From positions 74,922,133 to 74,986,132 of the forward strand of contig NC_068984.1 of assembly GCF_001194135.2 (NCBI RefSeq): 64,000 nt of DNA, written 5' to 3'. A program made the position numbers and the translations under genes. This DNA is from Octopus bimaculoides. Lineage: Eukaryota. The notes below the pieces were generated by a model. The model did not search any database. It was not told the DNA's origin and saw only the letters and a program-made list of their open reading frames with translations. Of the stretch, positions 24,601 through 34,200 are shown one piece after another. How positions within the stretch are numbered: position 1 is the stretch's first letter; the number at the start of each line of letters is the position of its first letter.

Positions 24601-27600
24601 CGTAGTATCTCTAGAAGAAACCACTAGCGTAGCTAGGATAGTGGACGAGGGGGAGGTCCACACTTTTATAGGGGCGGTATTTTTTGATCTGCTGTTTAAA
24701 CCTGTATAGGTATGAGGGCCCGAGGTTGCTCGGCAAACTCACGGACCGTCCCGAGCAGCACACTTTTTAGCCACCTCACTGGAAGAAGCTATACGCATTG
24801 TTTTCTCAAGACATCCAAACCTGGTAAGATCAAGGGTGTATGTATTCATCTTCAAGCTATAAGTAGAAAAAATAACAAAGACAAAGACTGAGTTTTAGAG
24901 ACCTGATCTATATCTCAGAAAAAGGTCCATGAGTAGCGGTTAATGCGAAGCCCAGAGAGAGTGGCAGGTGGGGCATAATATGGTTGATGAGAGGAGGAGA
25001 AACTAATAAATCAAGAGTACTTTAACTAGATCAGAAGTGCAGAGACAATTGTGGTAACAGTAGAAAAAGCAAAGAAAAGAGATTATATCTATTGATTTGA
25101 GATTTAAGTGTTGTTGACCAGTTCATGTCAATTAGTCGGGTGACCTTTTTGTTGATGCGACAAGTATATATGCACGTACGGACGAGCGGACCGATAGATG
25201 GATGGATGGATAAACGTGTAGTGGCAACACCATCGATGTCGTAGAACTTCTTTGCGAGCTTTATACAGGGTTGGTAGATGTTGGGACCGAAGTATTTCCT
25301 GGCCCTAAAGCAGCCTGTCTTTGTGATGCAGTCGTTGCTATGCTGATGTACAATATGCTATGCTTGTGTACAATAACCAGATGTCTTCAATGGTAGTGAC
25401 CTTGAATGTTCTATTAGTGACCTCGAAGGGTCTAGATGTGTATTGCTCATGTACAGCACTCTTCGTATGCCTGTGTTGTTGAAGGAATCAAAATTAGTAT
25501 GATTCTATTGGAAGATGTTGTTTGAGGTCACTATTTATGGAATCAGTGCAGCTTTAGCGTGAAGTGTCTTGGCTGCACGAGGGTAATGCTTGGTCGGGGA
25601 GTATTAGGGACAAGTGAAGGATGGTATAGTTAGCATAAAAAAGAACATTTTGAGTGGATAGCAGTTAGGTTTTTGATAGGTTGTAGATGGCAAAACTAAA
25701 CTTTAGGGACAACAAAGTTGACAGAATACGGGTGAAAAGAGTTCTATCTGCGTGCATCACGATGATGCTGTCAAAAAGGAAACCTTGATAAAAGAGATAA
25801 AGAGTAGCATTGCAAGGGTCTTGTGTTTGTGGTATCTCTGGGCAAGACACTTTATTTTATACGATGTATTATACATTATGTAGTTAGTAATAATAATCTG
25901 CGGTACCATTCATTTAAGGGAGACTGTATCAAATATATCTTACATCAACCTGTTCTAATACTACTGGAATCAGATTTAAGTACCGCTTCTAAATCATTCC
26001 TGAAATGATTAACTCTAGAATTTTAATAGTTAAAGTAATCTGGTTAACAGATCCGATCTAATTTATTTTATTCTGACCTTAATAAGTCATCGTTGTCATT
26101 ATGGGGATTTGAACATTAGTCCTCTATCTTGGCGATTCACTGTCCTTGCGATTTCATGGGATATAGCACTTTTAATATATATGATCGAATACCTTATTCC
26201 ACCTGGGTGGTATTTGAACCCAGGAATCAAGGGATATCGAATTCGATTACAGTAAATTAAATCGTCTGTTTATTTAAACATACATGGATTTTTAATGTTT
26301 CTGCCCCCGTTTTTGTTTTCTTTCATAGCGGAATGTGAAGATAAAGAATGCATGGAAAAAGAAAAACGTAAGTACCTCTACCTATACTGTTATATATCTA
26401 TACATTATTCACTTCCTTTATATATGTACATCTTTTTATACTGATCATATGACTGTACATTATGCCTAGCCTGATATACATACATATACACTAGTTATAC
26501 AACTGTTCTTTATTGACTTGAGGTGTGTAACTTAGTGGATAGAAGTGTTGGACTCTTGATCGTAAGATTGTGGTTTCGATTCCTCGGCCGGGCGATGCGT
26601 TGTGTTCTTCAGCAAAGCACTTCATCTCATGTTCCTCCAGCTTACTCAAATGGTAAAAATAAGTAATCCTGCGACGGAGCAGCGTCCTGTCCAGGAGGAA
26701 TACATGCACCACGGAAACCGAGAAACCGGCTCTATGAGTATGTATGATTCGGAAAGGAGCTTTATCCTTTAGTGTTCGTATATCGATTTAGATTGATTAT
26801 AAAATTGTATTTTGTTTATGTAAGTATATCTATTTATTAAAAAAATAATTAAAGGACCAAAAGTCCTTCTCGAACCATAGTCTCATAAGGCCTGTCTTTC
26901 AGCTTCAGTGACGTTTATATTCCATCCGACTCACTAGACGGGACAGCAGTACGTCCCAGGATTACTCATTTTTACCGGCTGCGTGGGCTGGAGCAACGTG
27001 AAATGAAAAATGTTTTGTTCAAGAACACAACGCATCACCTGGTCTAGAAATCGAAACCATAATATTACGATCGTGAGTGAAACACTCTAACCACTAAGCC
27101 ATGCGCTACCGCATATCTATTCATACTGTTATATAGTTATACTTCATATAACCAAATATAATGATGCCTTATGGTAGTCTCTCGAGTTTGAGAGAGACGG
27201 TTCTGCATTTTTTTTTTTTTTTGCAGAACAATCTGCACTGATGATTTGTTTATAGTGATCAAACGTTTTTGCAGCATATTAGCTCTCTCCCTCTTATCAA
27301 ATCGGCGTTGCCTGTTCACTGCACGGTGTGACACACATCAGATGTCGTAATGATCGCCACAATCTTGCAATCACGAGATCAACACCCAAACTACTAGGCC
27401 ACGTGTCGTGACGATGCCTAATACAAGTATATCTGTTTGGACTGATTATGTAAGCACATCTACTTGTGCGGCCATTGGTCTTGGCTGATCAGCGATCACT
27501 GACTAGCTAGATGGCGTACCGTCTATATGTATAACTAATGTTTGCCAATGAAAATGCACCAAAAAACAAAATTGTTAATGAGATTTCAATATGTCGTTTA

Positions 27601-28471
27601 TCAAAACTGGAACCGAATGAGTCTATTGTAATTTTTTGCTGGTCAACTACTGATAAAAGAAAAAAAAGCAGTTCCCTGTTTGTTTTATCAGAGACTTTCT
27701 GACGCCATCAATCTTCAACGGCATCGTGTTTTATTGTTCAGTTCTTTTTATGTTCGAACACAATGATTCAGGTTCAATTCCGAGGCAATGAGTTGGTGTT
27801 CGGGACTCTGCCAAATATTTTCGCTACAGATATATAACTATAGTTTATTCACTCGTTTTATGAGGATGCATTTTTTTGGACTAATTCTCTGTCAGTAATC
27901 CATTTAGTTGCCTTATACATATTTTAGTTGTCATACGCATATATATTTTAGTCTCGCAGTAAAACCAAGGCTTATAGTTAGACCATGCCTTCATGTAAGT
28001 AAGATGTGCCTGACACAATATGGTTTATTTTAATAAGTCGCTCTCTACATTCAGTAGGTGGAAGAAAGATAAAGAACGAAACCCAATGAGCTGTAAAGAC
28101 GGCAAAACTGGTCGGTTTGAACCTCATTTCAAGCTGCTAAAGATTTCGTTCAATAGTTTGTCTTTCTCTTTAAGCGTAACACTTGAATTTGTTTCATTCT
28201 GTTAAATATATCGATTATCTTCTCCGTAGTTAAGGTAATTGACGGCGTAACCCTCGAACACTTACTGCCAGAAGCAGAATAATATTACTGTCAGAGAACG
28301 CGTATGTTTGTGTATTAGAAATAATTACCCTTGCAAACTTCAACAATAATTTTTTTTTCTTTTTTTTTTTGCTATTATTTCAGTTTGTGCGCAATGCATG
28401 AGAAACCGTAAGTAAAAATAATTGTTAACATCATTTCTAAGGCTATTTAGAAAACACATGGTGTGTGTTTG

Positions 28472-28505
<34 letters not shown>

Positions 28506-28515
28506 NNNNNNNNNN

Positions 28516-28552
<37 letters not shown>

Positions 28553-30023
28553 GCCTTTCAGAGAAATGTACCCTGGATAACAGAAGTTGTAGAGAAAAAG
28601 GAAAACATAAACCTAGCAACAATTGTTAACAAATCTCCAAAGAAAGGGAAGATAATTTCAAAATATAATTTATTTCACAGAAAATTTACTTTTCATGCTT
28701 CTGTGTAGAAAGATAATATCGATATTTCTTGCAGGATTTCATAATAGAAAGAGCAAACATAAAAAAAAATTATAACGGTGCATATATTTTAAACATCATA
28801 TATTGTAATTCATGTATTATAATGAAAGAAGGATTCAGTCTACAAAATTTTAACACTATCCGTAATATATGATTAGGGAAGGGGTAAAATGCAAATTCAA
28901 TACGTGCGTATGTGTGGGTATGCATAAAAATGTGTATGAATATATGCATATTTACCCATGGTGGAGGTGCAATGGCCCTGTGGTTAGGGCAGCGGACTCG
29001 CGGTCAGAGGATCGCAGTTTCGATTCCTAGACCCGGGTGTTGTGAGTGTTCAATGAGCGAAAACTCTTAAAGCTCCACGAAGCTTTGGCAGCGGGTGGTG
29101 GCGGACCCTGCTGTACTCTTTCACCACAACTTTCTTTCACTCTCTCTTCCTGTTTCTGTTGTACCTGTATTTCAAAGGGCCAGCCTTGCCACACTGTGTC
29201 ACGCTGAATCTCACCGAGAACTACGTTAAGAGTACACGTGTCTGTGGAGTGCTCAGCCACTTGCACGTTAATTTCACGAGCAGGCTGTTCCGTTGATCGG
29301 ATCAGCTGGGACCCTCGTTATCGTAACCGACAGGGTGCCGTAGTATTTACCTATATTTGTGGATATATAATACATATATGCACATATATGTAAGTGCATA
29401 TTTATATAATATATATATATATAGATAGATAGATAGATAGATAGATATGCAGGGCAGAGAATCGTCAATTAGTAATAAAATTAATAATTAACAATTTTGC
29501 CGGGTAGCTCAGTATGAAAAAACCTTTTCGGTAAAATCATTTATAATCATAAATATATAGGGATTGACAGTAACCTGCTTCTCCAACATACTGAGAATTC
29601 AGAAATAGCAGCCAAAGAACTACTGATTCCAAAACTACAAATTATTACTCTAAATTGATAGCGATATTTATGATACACACAGAACAAAAAACAGTAGAGA
29701 AGAGTAAAAAAACCACTTGCCTTTAGTTAATTTAGTACGNNNNNNNNNNNNNNNNNNNNNNNNNNNNNNNNNNNNNNNNNNNNNNNNNNNNNNNNNNNNN
29801 NNNNNNNNNNNNNNNNNNNNNNNNNNNNNNNNNNNNNNNNNNNNNNNNNNNNNNNNNNNNNNNNNNNNNNNNNNNNNNNNNNNNNNNNNNNNNNNNNNNN
29901 NNNNNNNNNNNNNNNNNTATATATATATATATGCATGTATGTGTGAATACTTCTCTGTTTTGATTTTATTTTGTTTGTACAGCACAAGAACCTGAATTCA
30001 ACCTAAGGAATTCAACCGGATAA
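189..30023 (+). CDS. Predicted multi-exon micro-exon gene (3' part; 5' end upstream of window), uncharacterised S/T/A-rich plus 6-Cys protein
   Basis: Ten short exons with pyrimidine-tract AG acceptors and GT donors on the nine internal exons join in phase 1 without stops: [123 protein letters not shown] (123 aa). No family recognised. Confidence 0.72.
700..2190 (+). repeat. Direct duplication of at least 280 bp across an assembly gap
   Basis: 700-980 recurs at 1909-2190 with scattered substitutions. Confidence 0.85.
1028..1908. other. Assembly gap (largest of 11 N-runs)
   Basis: Other gaps at about 8018-8200, 8805-9250, 18120-18309, 21878-22195, 28506-28515, 29740-29917, 36518-36594, 51430-51908, 53957-54069, 61671-61680. 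Confidence 0.99.
2812..3376. mobile_element. Non-autonomous DNA transposon (MITE), Merlin-like, with internal (TTAGGG)4
   Basis: 37-bp TIRs (2812-2848 and 3340-3376, 1 mismatch) starting GG; 8-bp TSD tttgctgc (2804-2811, 3377-3384); telomere-type repeat at 3062-3085. Confidence 0.8.
3692..4084 (+). mobile_element. tRNA-head SINE, family A (full length)
   Basis: tRNA-like A/B boxes (tggttagggc...ggtttcgattccc), 10-bp TSD tttaaggtac (3682-3691, 4085-4094). Close copies at about 22992-23362 and 28961-29342, decayed copy at about 50782-51105, reverse partial copy at about 54615-54815. Confidence 0.85.
4633..4674 (+). CDS. Micro-exon B (42 nt; in-frame alternative acceptor at 4645 gives 30 nt): [14 protein letters not shown]
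   Basis: Acceptor tatttcctccaattctag, donor gtaagt at 4675. Second AG (ttctttcaaag) is 12 nt downstream in the same phase. Confidence 0.75.
4700..4980. repeat. Compound microsatellite (GT)n/(GGAT)n, representative of many
   Basis: Direct reading. Similar tracts at 545-690, 8205-8315 (GTT/CTT), 9660-9735 (ATT), 21525-21635 (GTAT), 41760-41820 (TAG/CAG), 58040-58115 (AAT). Confidence 0.95.
5925..6650 (+). mobile_element. Decayed RTE-type LINE fragment (APE endonuclease)
   Basis: Broken motifs [14 protein letters not shown] (GDFNGHVG-like), [20 protein letters not shown]. Confidence 0.65.
6994..7029 (+). CDS. Micro-exon C (36 nt): [12 protein letters not shown]
   Basis: Acceptor tgttttatttcttccatttctag, donor gtaagt at 7030; contains NTS sequon. 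Confidence 0.78.
9800..11735 (-). mobile_element. 5'-truncated, decayed Penelope-like element (RT plus GIY-YIG)
   Basis: Reverse-strand motifs LTMGS, GLYRDD (11586-11603), [17 protein letters not shown] (from about 11466), [19 protein letters not shown]...[18 protein letters not shown]...CDFCAEE. Confidence 0.85.
13202..13234 (+). CDS. Micro-exon D (33 nt): [11 protein letters not shown]
   Basis: Acceptor attctttttcaattctag, donor gtaagt at 13235; (GCT)5 encodes poly-Ala. Confidence 0.75.
15567..15608 (+). pseudogene. Micro-exon E (42 nt), probably crippled: [14 protein letters not shown]
   Basis: Open in phase 1-1 and similar to exons A/B/D, but acceptor reads taattctAC instead of AG and donor is gttgag. 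Confidence 0.45.
15838..19364 (+). mobile_element. Tx1-clade LINE, ORF2 with stops and frameshifts
   Basis: APE (CVNVCGL, ATETR, LLGDFN, YLDRI, DHKMV, GYWKL); RT ([46 protein letters not shown]); C-terminal HAIVQC knuckle remnant; gap at 18120-18309. Confidence 0.88.
19765..19791 (+). CDS. Micro-exon F (27 nt): ESESISDKD
   Basis: Donor gtgagt at 19792; nearest AG (ccaaattag) lies about 20 nt after a tttcttttc tract, so the acceptor is weaker than the others. Confidence 0.6.
20309..21320 (+). repeat. Degenerate minisatellite, 14-16 bp unit gtgttac(ac)atcagtg
   Basis: Three perfect 16-bp units at about 20309-20358, then dozens of diverged gttacatcag-type units. Confidence 0.8.
21412..21462 (+). 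CDS. Micro-exon G (51 nt): [17 protein letters not shown]
   Basis: Acceptor tttctattatttttctattgcag, donor gtaagc at 21463. Confidence 0.7.
23584..23742 (+). repeat. 52-bp unit triplicated near the 3' end of a tRNA-head SINE (about 23450-23765)
   Basis: aatatgtacgccatggaaaccgtgaaa recurs at 23591, 23643 and 23695. Confidence 0.9.
24042..24077 (+). CDS. Micro-exon H (36 nt): [12 protein letters not shown]
   Basis: Acceptor tctcgttttatttctatttgcag, donor gtaatt at 24078; C-x3-C. Confidence 0.72.
24500..25850 (-). mobile_element. Heavily decayed retroelement, possibly Penelope-like RT
   Basis: GC-richer stretch; reverse reading TILATL...DVKDFYTS resembles RT motif A (DVxSLYT). No other motif recovered. 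Confidence 0.35.
26329..26367 (+). CDS. Micro-exon I (39 nt): [13 protein letters not shown]
   Basis: Acceptor tttttgttttctttcatag, donor gtaagt at 26368; C-x4-C. Confidence 0.78.
28384..28407 (+). CDS. Micro-exon J (24 nt): LCAQCMRN
   Basis: Long T-tract then gctattatttcag acceptor, donor gtaagt at 28408; C-x2-C. Confidence 0.75.
29983..30023 (+). CDS. Predicted terminal coding exon K: [13 protein letters not shown]
   Basis: Acceptor ttttattttgtttgtacag; phase-1 reading ends at TAA 30021-30023. A gap at 29740-29917 could hide another exon. Confidence 0.65.
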
Positions 30024-31899
30024 CCAAGTAGCTTAACACACACACATAAACACACACAAAACCTACCCTGGCGAACACATACTGATAAACGCACAGATGA
30101 TGCTCAGAGCAGTCACTCGAACTGTTTCGAATTACAAAGAATTCTCCCTCAAGCTGTCCATGCTACAGTATTTTCTTTTAATGAAAAATACATGGTACAA
30201 CGGAGTGCCTATATACAAATTTGACTAGATTGCCTCAAATTGAATGTTTTTTTTTTATGATTGCTCTGCTCGTTCAGAGTCACGATGGTGCCAATCAGTA
30301 ATAGCTGTAAGAGCTACCACGCGATAGAAGCGCAGTAATAGTTCTCTCAAATCATACTCATACCGCCATTGTACAGGATGCATTAAAGAATGTAGTGTTC
30401 GATATACGAAGCGGTGGATAATCACAACTGGTCGGCTTTCATCATAGATCTACCCATGCTTAAAATAATCAGCCAAATTTCCTTCAAGTGATACATTCAG
30501 CCGTCAGGAAACAGAAAGGACATACATTGTATAACATTGTCCCTGATTTACAAAAAACGGGATGGTCATGCTTAGAATGCTTTCTATCATAGGTCTGCTC
30601 GATCCGAGATAATCTGGGACTAAGCCAACAATAGTATCTCTATATTGCAGCTGAACCTGATAAAAAAATATTTGCCATATCTCTCTCAACTCATACACAG
30701 TATTTTCAATATATAGATAGTGTAAATAATTACTCTGTAACTGTGAAACAGTATTGATTGCGAGAAATATATGGAATCAACACATGAGATTATCAGAGAT
30801 TATAATGGCGAGCACTTCATTAAAGCTAATATAAATGGCATTAGCCATAGTGTTGCTATGGTGAGAAATTGTAATGTCCTCGTTTTGCGGTTGGAGGCTC
30901 TGATATTGCCATCTTATTGCATTTGCGGGAGACAGCAACAGTAATTTATAAATATTAACAGTTCTCTTTTATTTTCTACCTACAACTAGAAGAATAGACC
31001 TCCACTAGTCTATTATTCTGGTGGTAATTGTGATTAAGCAGAACATTTACTTATAAAATAATTATATAAGTACAAGTTTTAATGATAGGGTAACCCATAC
31101 AGACAAATGTAAAAATTTTCTTGAAATATAACATTGATAAAAACTGGTCTGAGTTGAACGTATTGTAGAAGTTATTATGCATGTTTTTGAAATGATGTTC
31201 TTTTAGCGATGTGATATATGGTGCAGTGTGATTAAAGCCCTGGTAATATCATATCTTCGGATTTAATAAGAGACAGGATAGAGAACATCAAGAAATATGA
31301 AGACAAGTTAAAGTTGACAGCAACATTTATTCCGACGCCAAAAGGAATTACAGCAAACTGGTATTACATGAATAAATCTATCAATTAAAATACAATTTCA
31401 AAGTGCTTCTTGAAAGTGAATGTTCGAAAAACACAAAGCATAGCGTCAAGGAATCCTGCTACAATTCTCTCCTCTCTGACTAAACTCAAAAGACCATTCT
31501 TATTTATAGCTATCTGTTGGCTAAAACAGACCACATTTTAGCCATGGTGAGAAAAGGTTTGATTGAGTGACTTAAAACATCCAATCAGTACGCACAGGAG
31601 TGGTCGTGTTCCCACTCACAGTAAAAGGCCTTGCTGGATCCAAAAAGGACTATTTAAGGCTAAACAACCAAAAATTGAACATCTCTCATCGCTACATTCT
31701 TTTGAGTCTGCACTAGAGTCTAGACACTTTTGAGTCTTTTGTTACCAGAAAATGTTGCTGAAATAGAATTAAAAGAAATGTGCACACACTGTAGAGAAAT
31801 TGGTGGAATCAAGATACGAGAAATCGATATCTTGTTCAGCTGAAAGGTGTCTTGTCACAGTCGAGCTGAAGCGAAACACGACTGATTCCGTTAAAACGG

Positions 31900-34200
31900 C
31901 TGAAAACGGCCAAAATAACCTAGTCGTATTTAAATAGGGATTTTAATGTAAGTACATTCGTGAAAAAACGTGATTTCACTGCGTTAGCAATTGAGTTACA
32001 GTATCCGACATTATTTGGTATGATATCTAACCTTTGAAGTTTTAGAGATTTTTCTACATCGCTGTTTTGAAAATTTATAATACTGACGGATAACTGATAT
32101 GTGGTGAATCAGATTTTGACGGATTTTCGCCCGAAGATATTGAAAAATTAAACAGAATATTTAGCGAACACAAAAACTGCCTGGTGTGTGAAAATGAATC
32201 GGATATTTTTATTCCGAAAAGTGAAAGTGATTCGGACGATAATTCAGACAGTGACAAAGAAAATGTATTTGTACCTGATTGGGACAAAAGTTTGAAAACC
32301 GTTTTTCTTACTGATTTTTCTGAAGACTGGACCTAGTCACAGACAAAACCATTAGACTATTTTTTTTACCTCCAGTTTATTCGAAGCAATTACTGCGGAA
32401 ACTGATCGCTACGCAGAATATAAACAATGTGATAAAAAAAATTAAAAAAACCGTTTGTGTTCTCCGACACACTTAGATGAAATCCAAGAATTCTTTTCGC
32501 AAACATCGGAGCGCGAAGCGCTCCACACGAACGTGCGTTCGTGAGATGGTTGTGATCTGTAAACAGTTTAGTGTGGGAATCGGAAAAAGTATGAACACGC
32601 AATGCGCATGTGCACACTGAATTTATAGAACGGAAGAGAAGAATAAAAACGCAATGTCTAACAAGTTATATGACGGTCTGCATGTCACATTTGACGCCAC
32701 TGTCACGCAGCACTGTAACAATTTTCTTGTTTGCTATCAATAATGTAATGGGAGTAAGATTGTTACTCAGAATAATGAACATTTTGGAGACCAATAGGTT
32801 TCCAGTATCATGACACAGACAATTTTTTTTTAATTATCACGATACCTGCATGTAAGAGACACTAGCAGTACACTAGTACAAAGAGAAAATGGCACCCCAT
32901 TTGTGCTCCTCGGTTATGACAAGTACATGGGTGGTGTAGATCAGCTGAATCAGATGATGAGCTATCAGCCGAGTAATAGACGTTGGCAGTACCTGGTTTG
33001 GCTTATAGTAAATGAGCATCAAATCAGGAGAGGTGCGAAAGCAATGCGACCATCTGTAGTTCCGAGCAGATGAAGCATCGCAGTTGAGAGCTGGTTTTTC
33101 TTCCAAAAAATGGTTGTTAGGAGAAAACCTAAAGCCTGCCAGAGGGATATCCCTCTGAATTCAGCCGACCTCCATAAATTAGAGAAAATTGAGAGTCGCA
33201 AAAACAGTGCCGTGAAAGTCTTCGTTAAAAAAAGAAAAGTTCCCAGTGGACGGGTCCTTGAAACAAGTTCACAATGTGCATTCTGCAAACTTTCATTATG
33301 TGAAGTTGGGTGCTTTACAAGTTACCATCATAGAAATATTATTATTAAGGCGGCGAGCTGGCAGAAACGTTAGCACGCCGGGCGAAATGCGTTGCGTATT
33401 TCGTCTGCCGTTACGTTCTGAGTTCAAATTCCGCCGAGGTAGACTTTGCCTTTCATCCTTTCGGGGTCGATAAATTAAGTACCAGTTACGCACTGGGGTC
33501 GATGTAATCGACTTAATCCCTTTGTCTGTCCTTGTTTGTCCCCTCTATGTTTAGCCCCTTGTGGGCAATAAAGAAATAAGAAATATTGTGTGATTTATAT
33601 ACATACTATTTGATTTTCTTAAAATTTACCTCTTCTTTCTTATTTACCTGTAATGTGAATGACAAATTTTGATCAGTTTATATTATGAATCATTATTATA
33701 TATGTTTTTGCGCATTTATGTATGTGTATAGGTTTATTTTATTAAGTTACTGGTAAGCGTGTTTCCTTTTCTAGTTAACTTCAAACATAAATTCCAGTAT
33801 TTCATTCTATTTTTACTTTTATTACTATACCTGTCTTACATGGATTTAAGTTCAAATGATAATTCAATAACGTGCACAATTCATCGATTTTAAAATTTTG
33901 TTGTATACCCATTTGAATATTAGCTAGTAACTCATTTTCTTTGATGTTTAAACAAAATTGAAATAATTTTGTATGTAGTTGAATTTACCAGTAATTACGA
34001 GTCGTTTTGAGACAAACATTATGCAATAAATTTAAGAACCTCTTGTTAATTTGTGTTCCAAAAATCACAATAATATGTTGATGAATAAAAAAAGTAAAAA
34101 TTGTGGTATGAAACCAGTCGAAATTCACGATTATATTAGAATTTAATTGAAACACATAAAAGGTGTATTTTGATTAGAAATATAGTAGCGAAAGGGCTAA
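31900..34200 (+). mobile_element. Internally deleted piggyBac transposon remnant
   Basis: Acidic N-terminus SDFDGFSPED, KPLDYFF, YDKYMGGVDQLNQ (32915-32941 onward), Cys-rich tail ETSSQCAFCKLSLCEVGCFTSYH; right end gtagcgaaagggctaa resembles a piggyBac TIR plus TTAA. Left TIR not confidently found. Confidence 0.8.
33341..33578 (+). mobile_element. Young tRNA-head SINE, family B, inserted in the piggyBac remnant
   Basis: 9-bp TSD agaaatatt (33332-33340, 33579-33587); core gactttgcctttcatcctttcggggtcgataaattaagtaccag, which from memory resembles the MetaSINE central domain. Many other copies, e.g. about 7490-7960, 12520-12700, 14790-15230, 19365-19540, 21640-21800, 39390-39690, 41460-41730, 52750-52950, 55600-56300, 61010-61225, 62900-63330. 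Confidence 0.85.
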
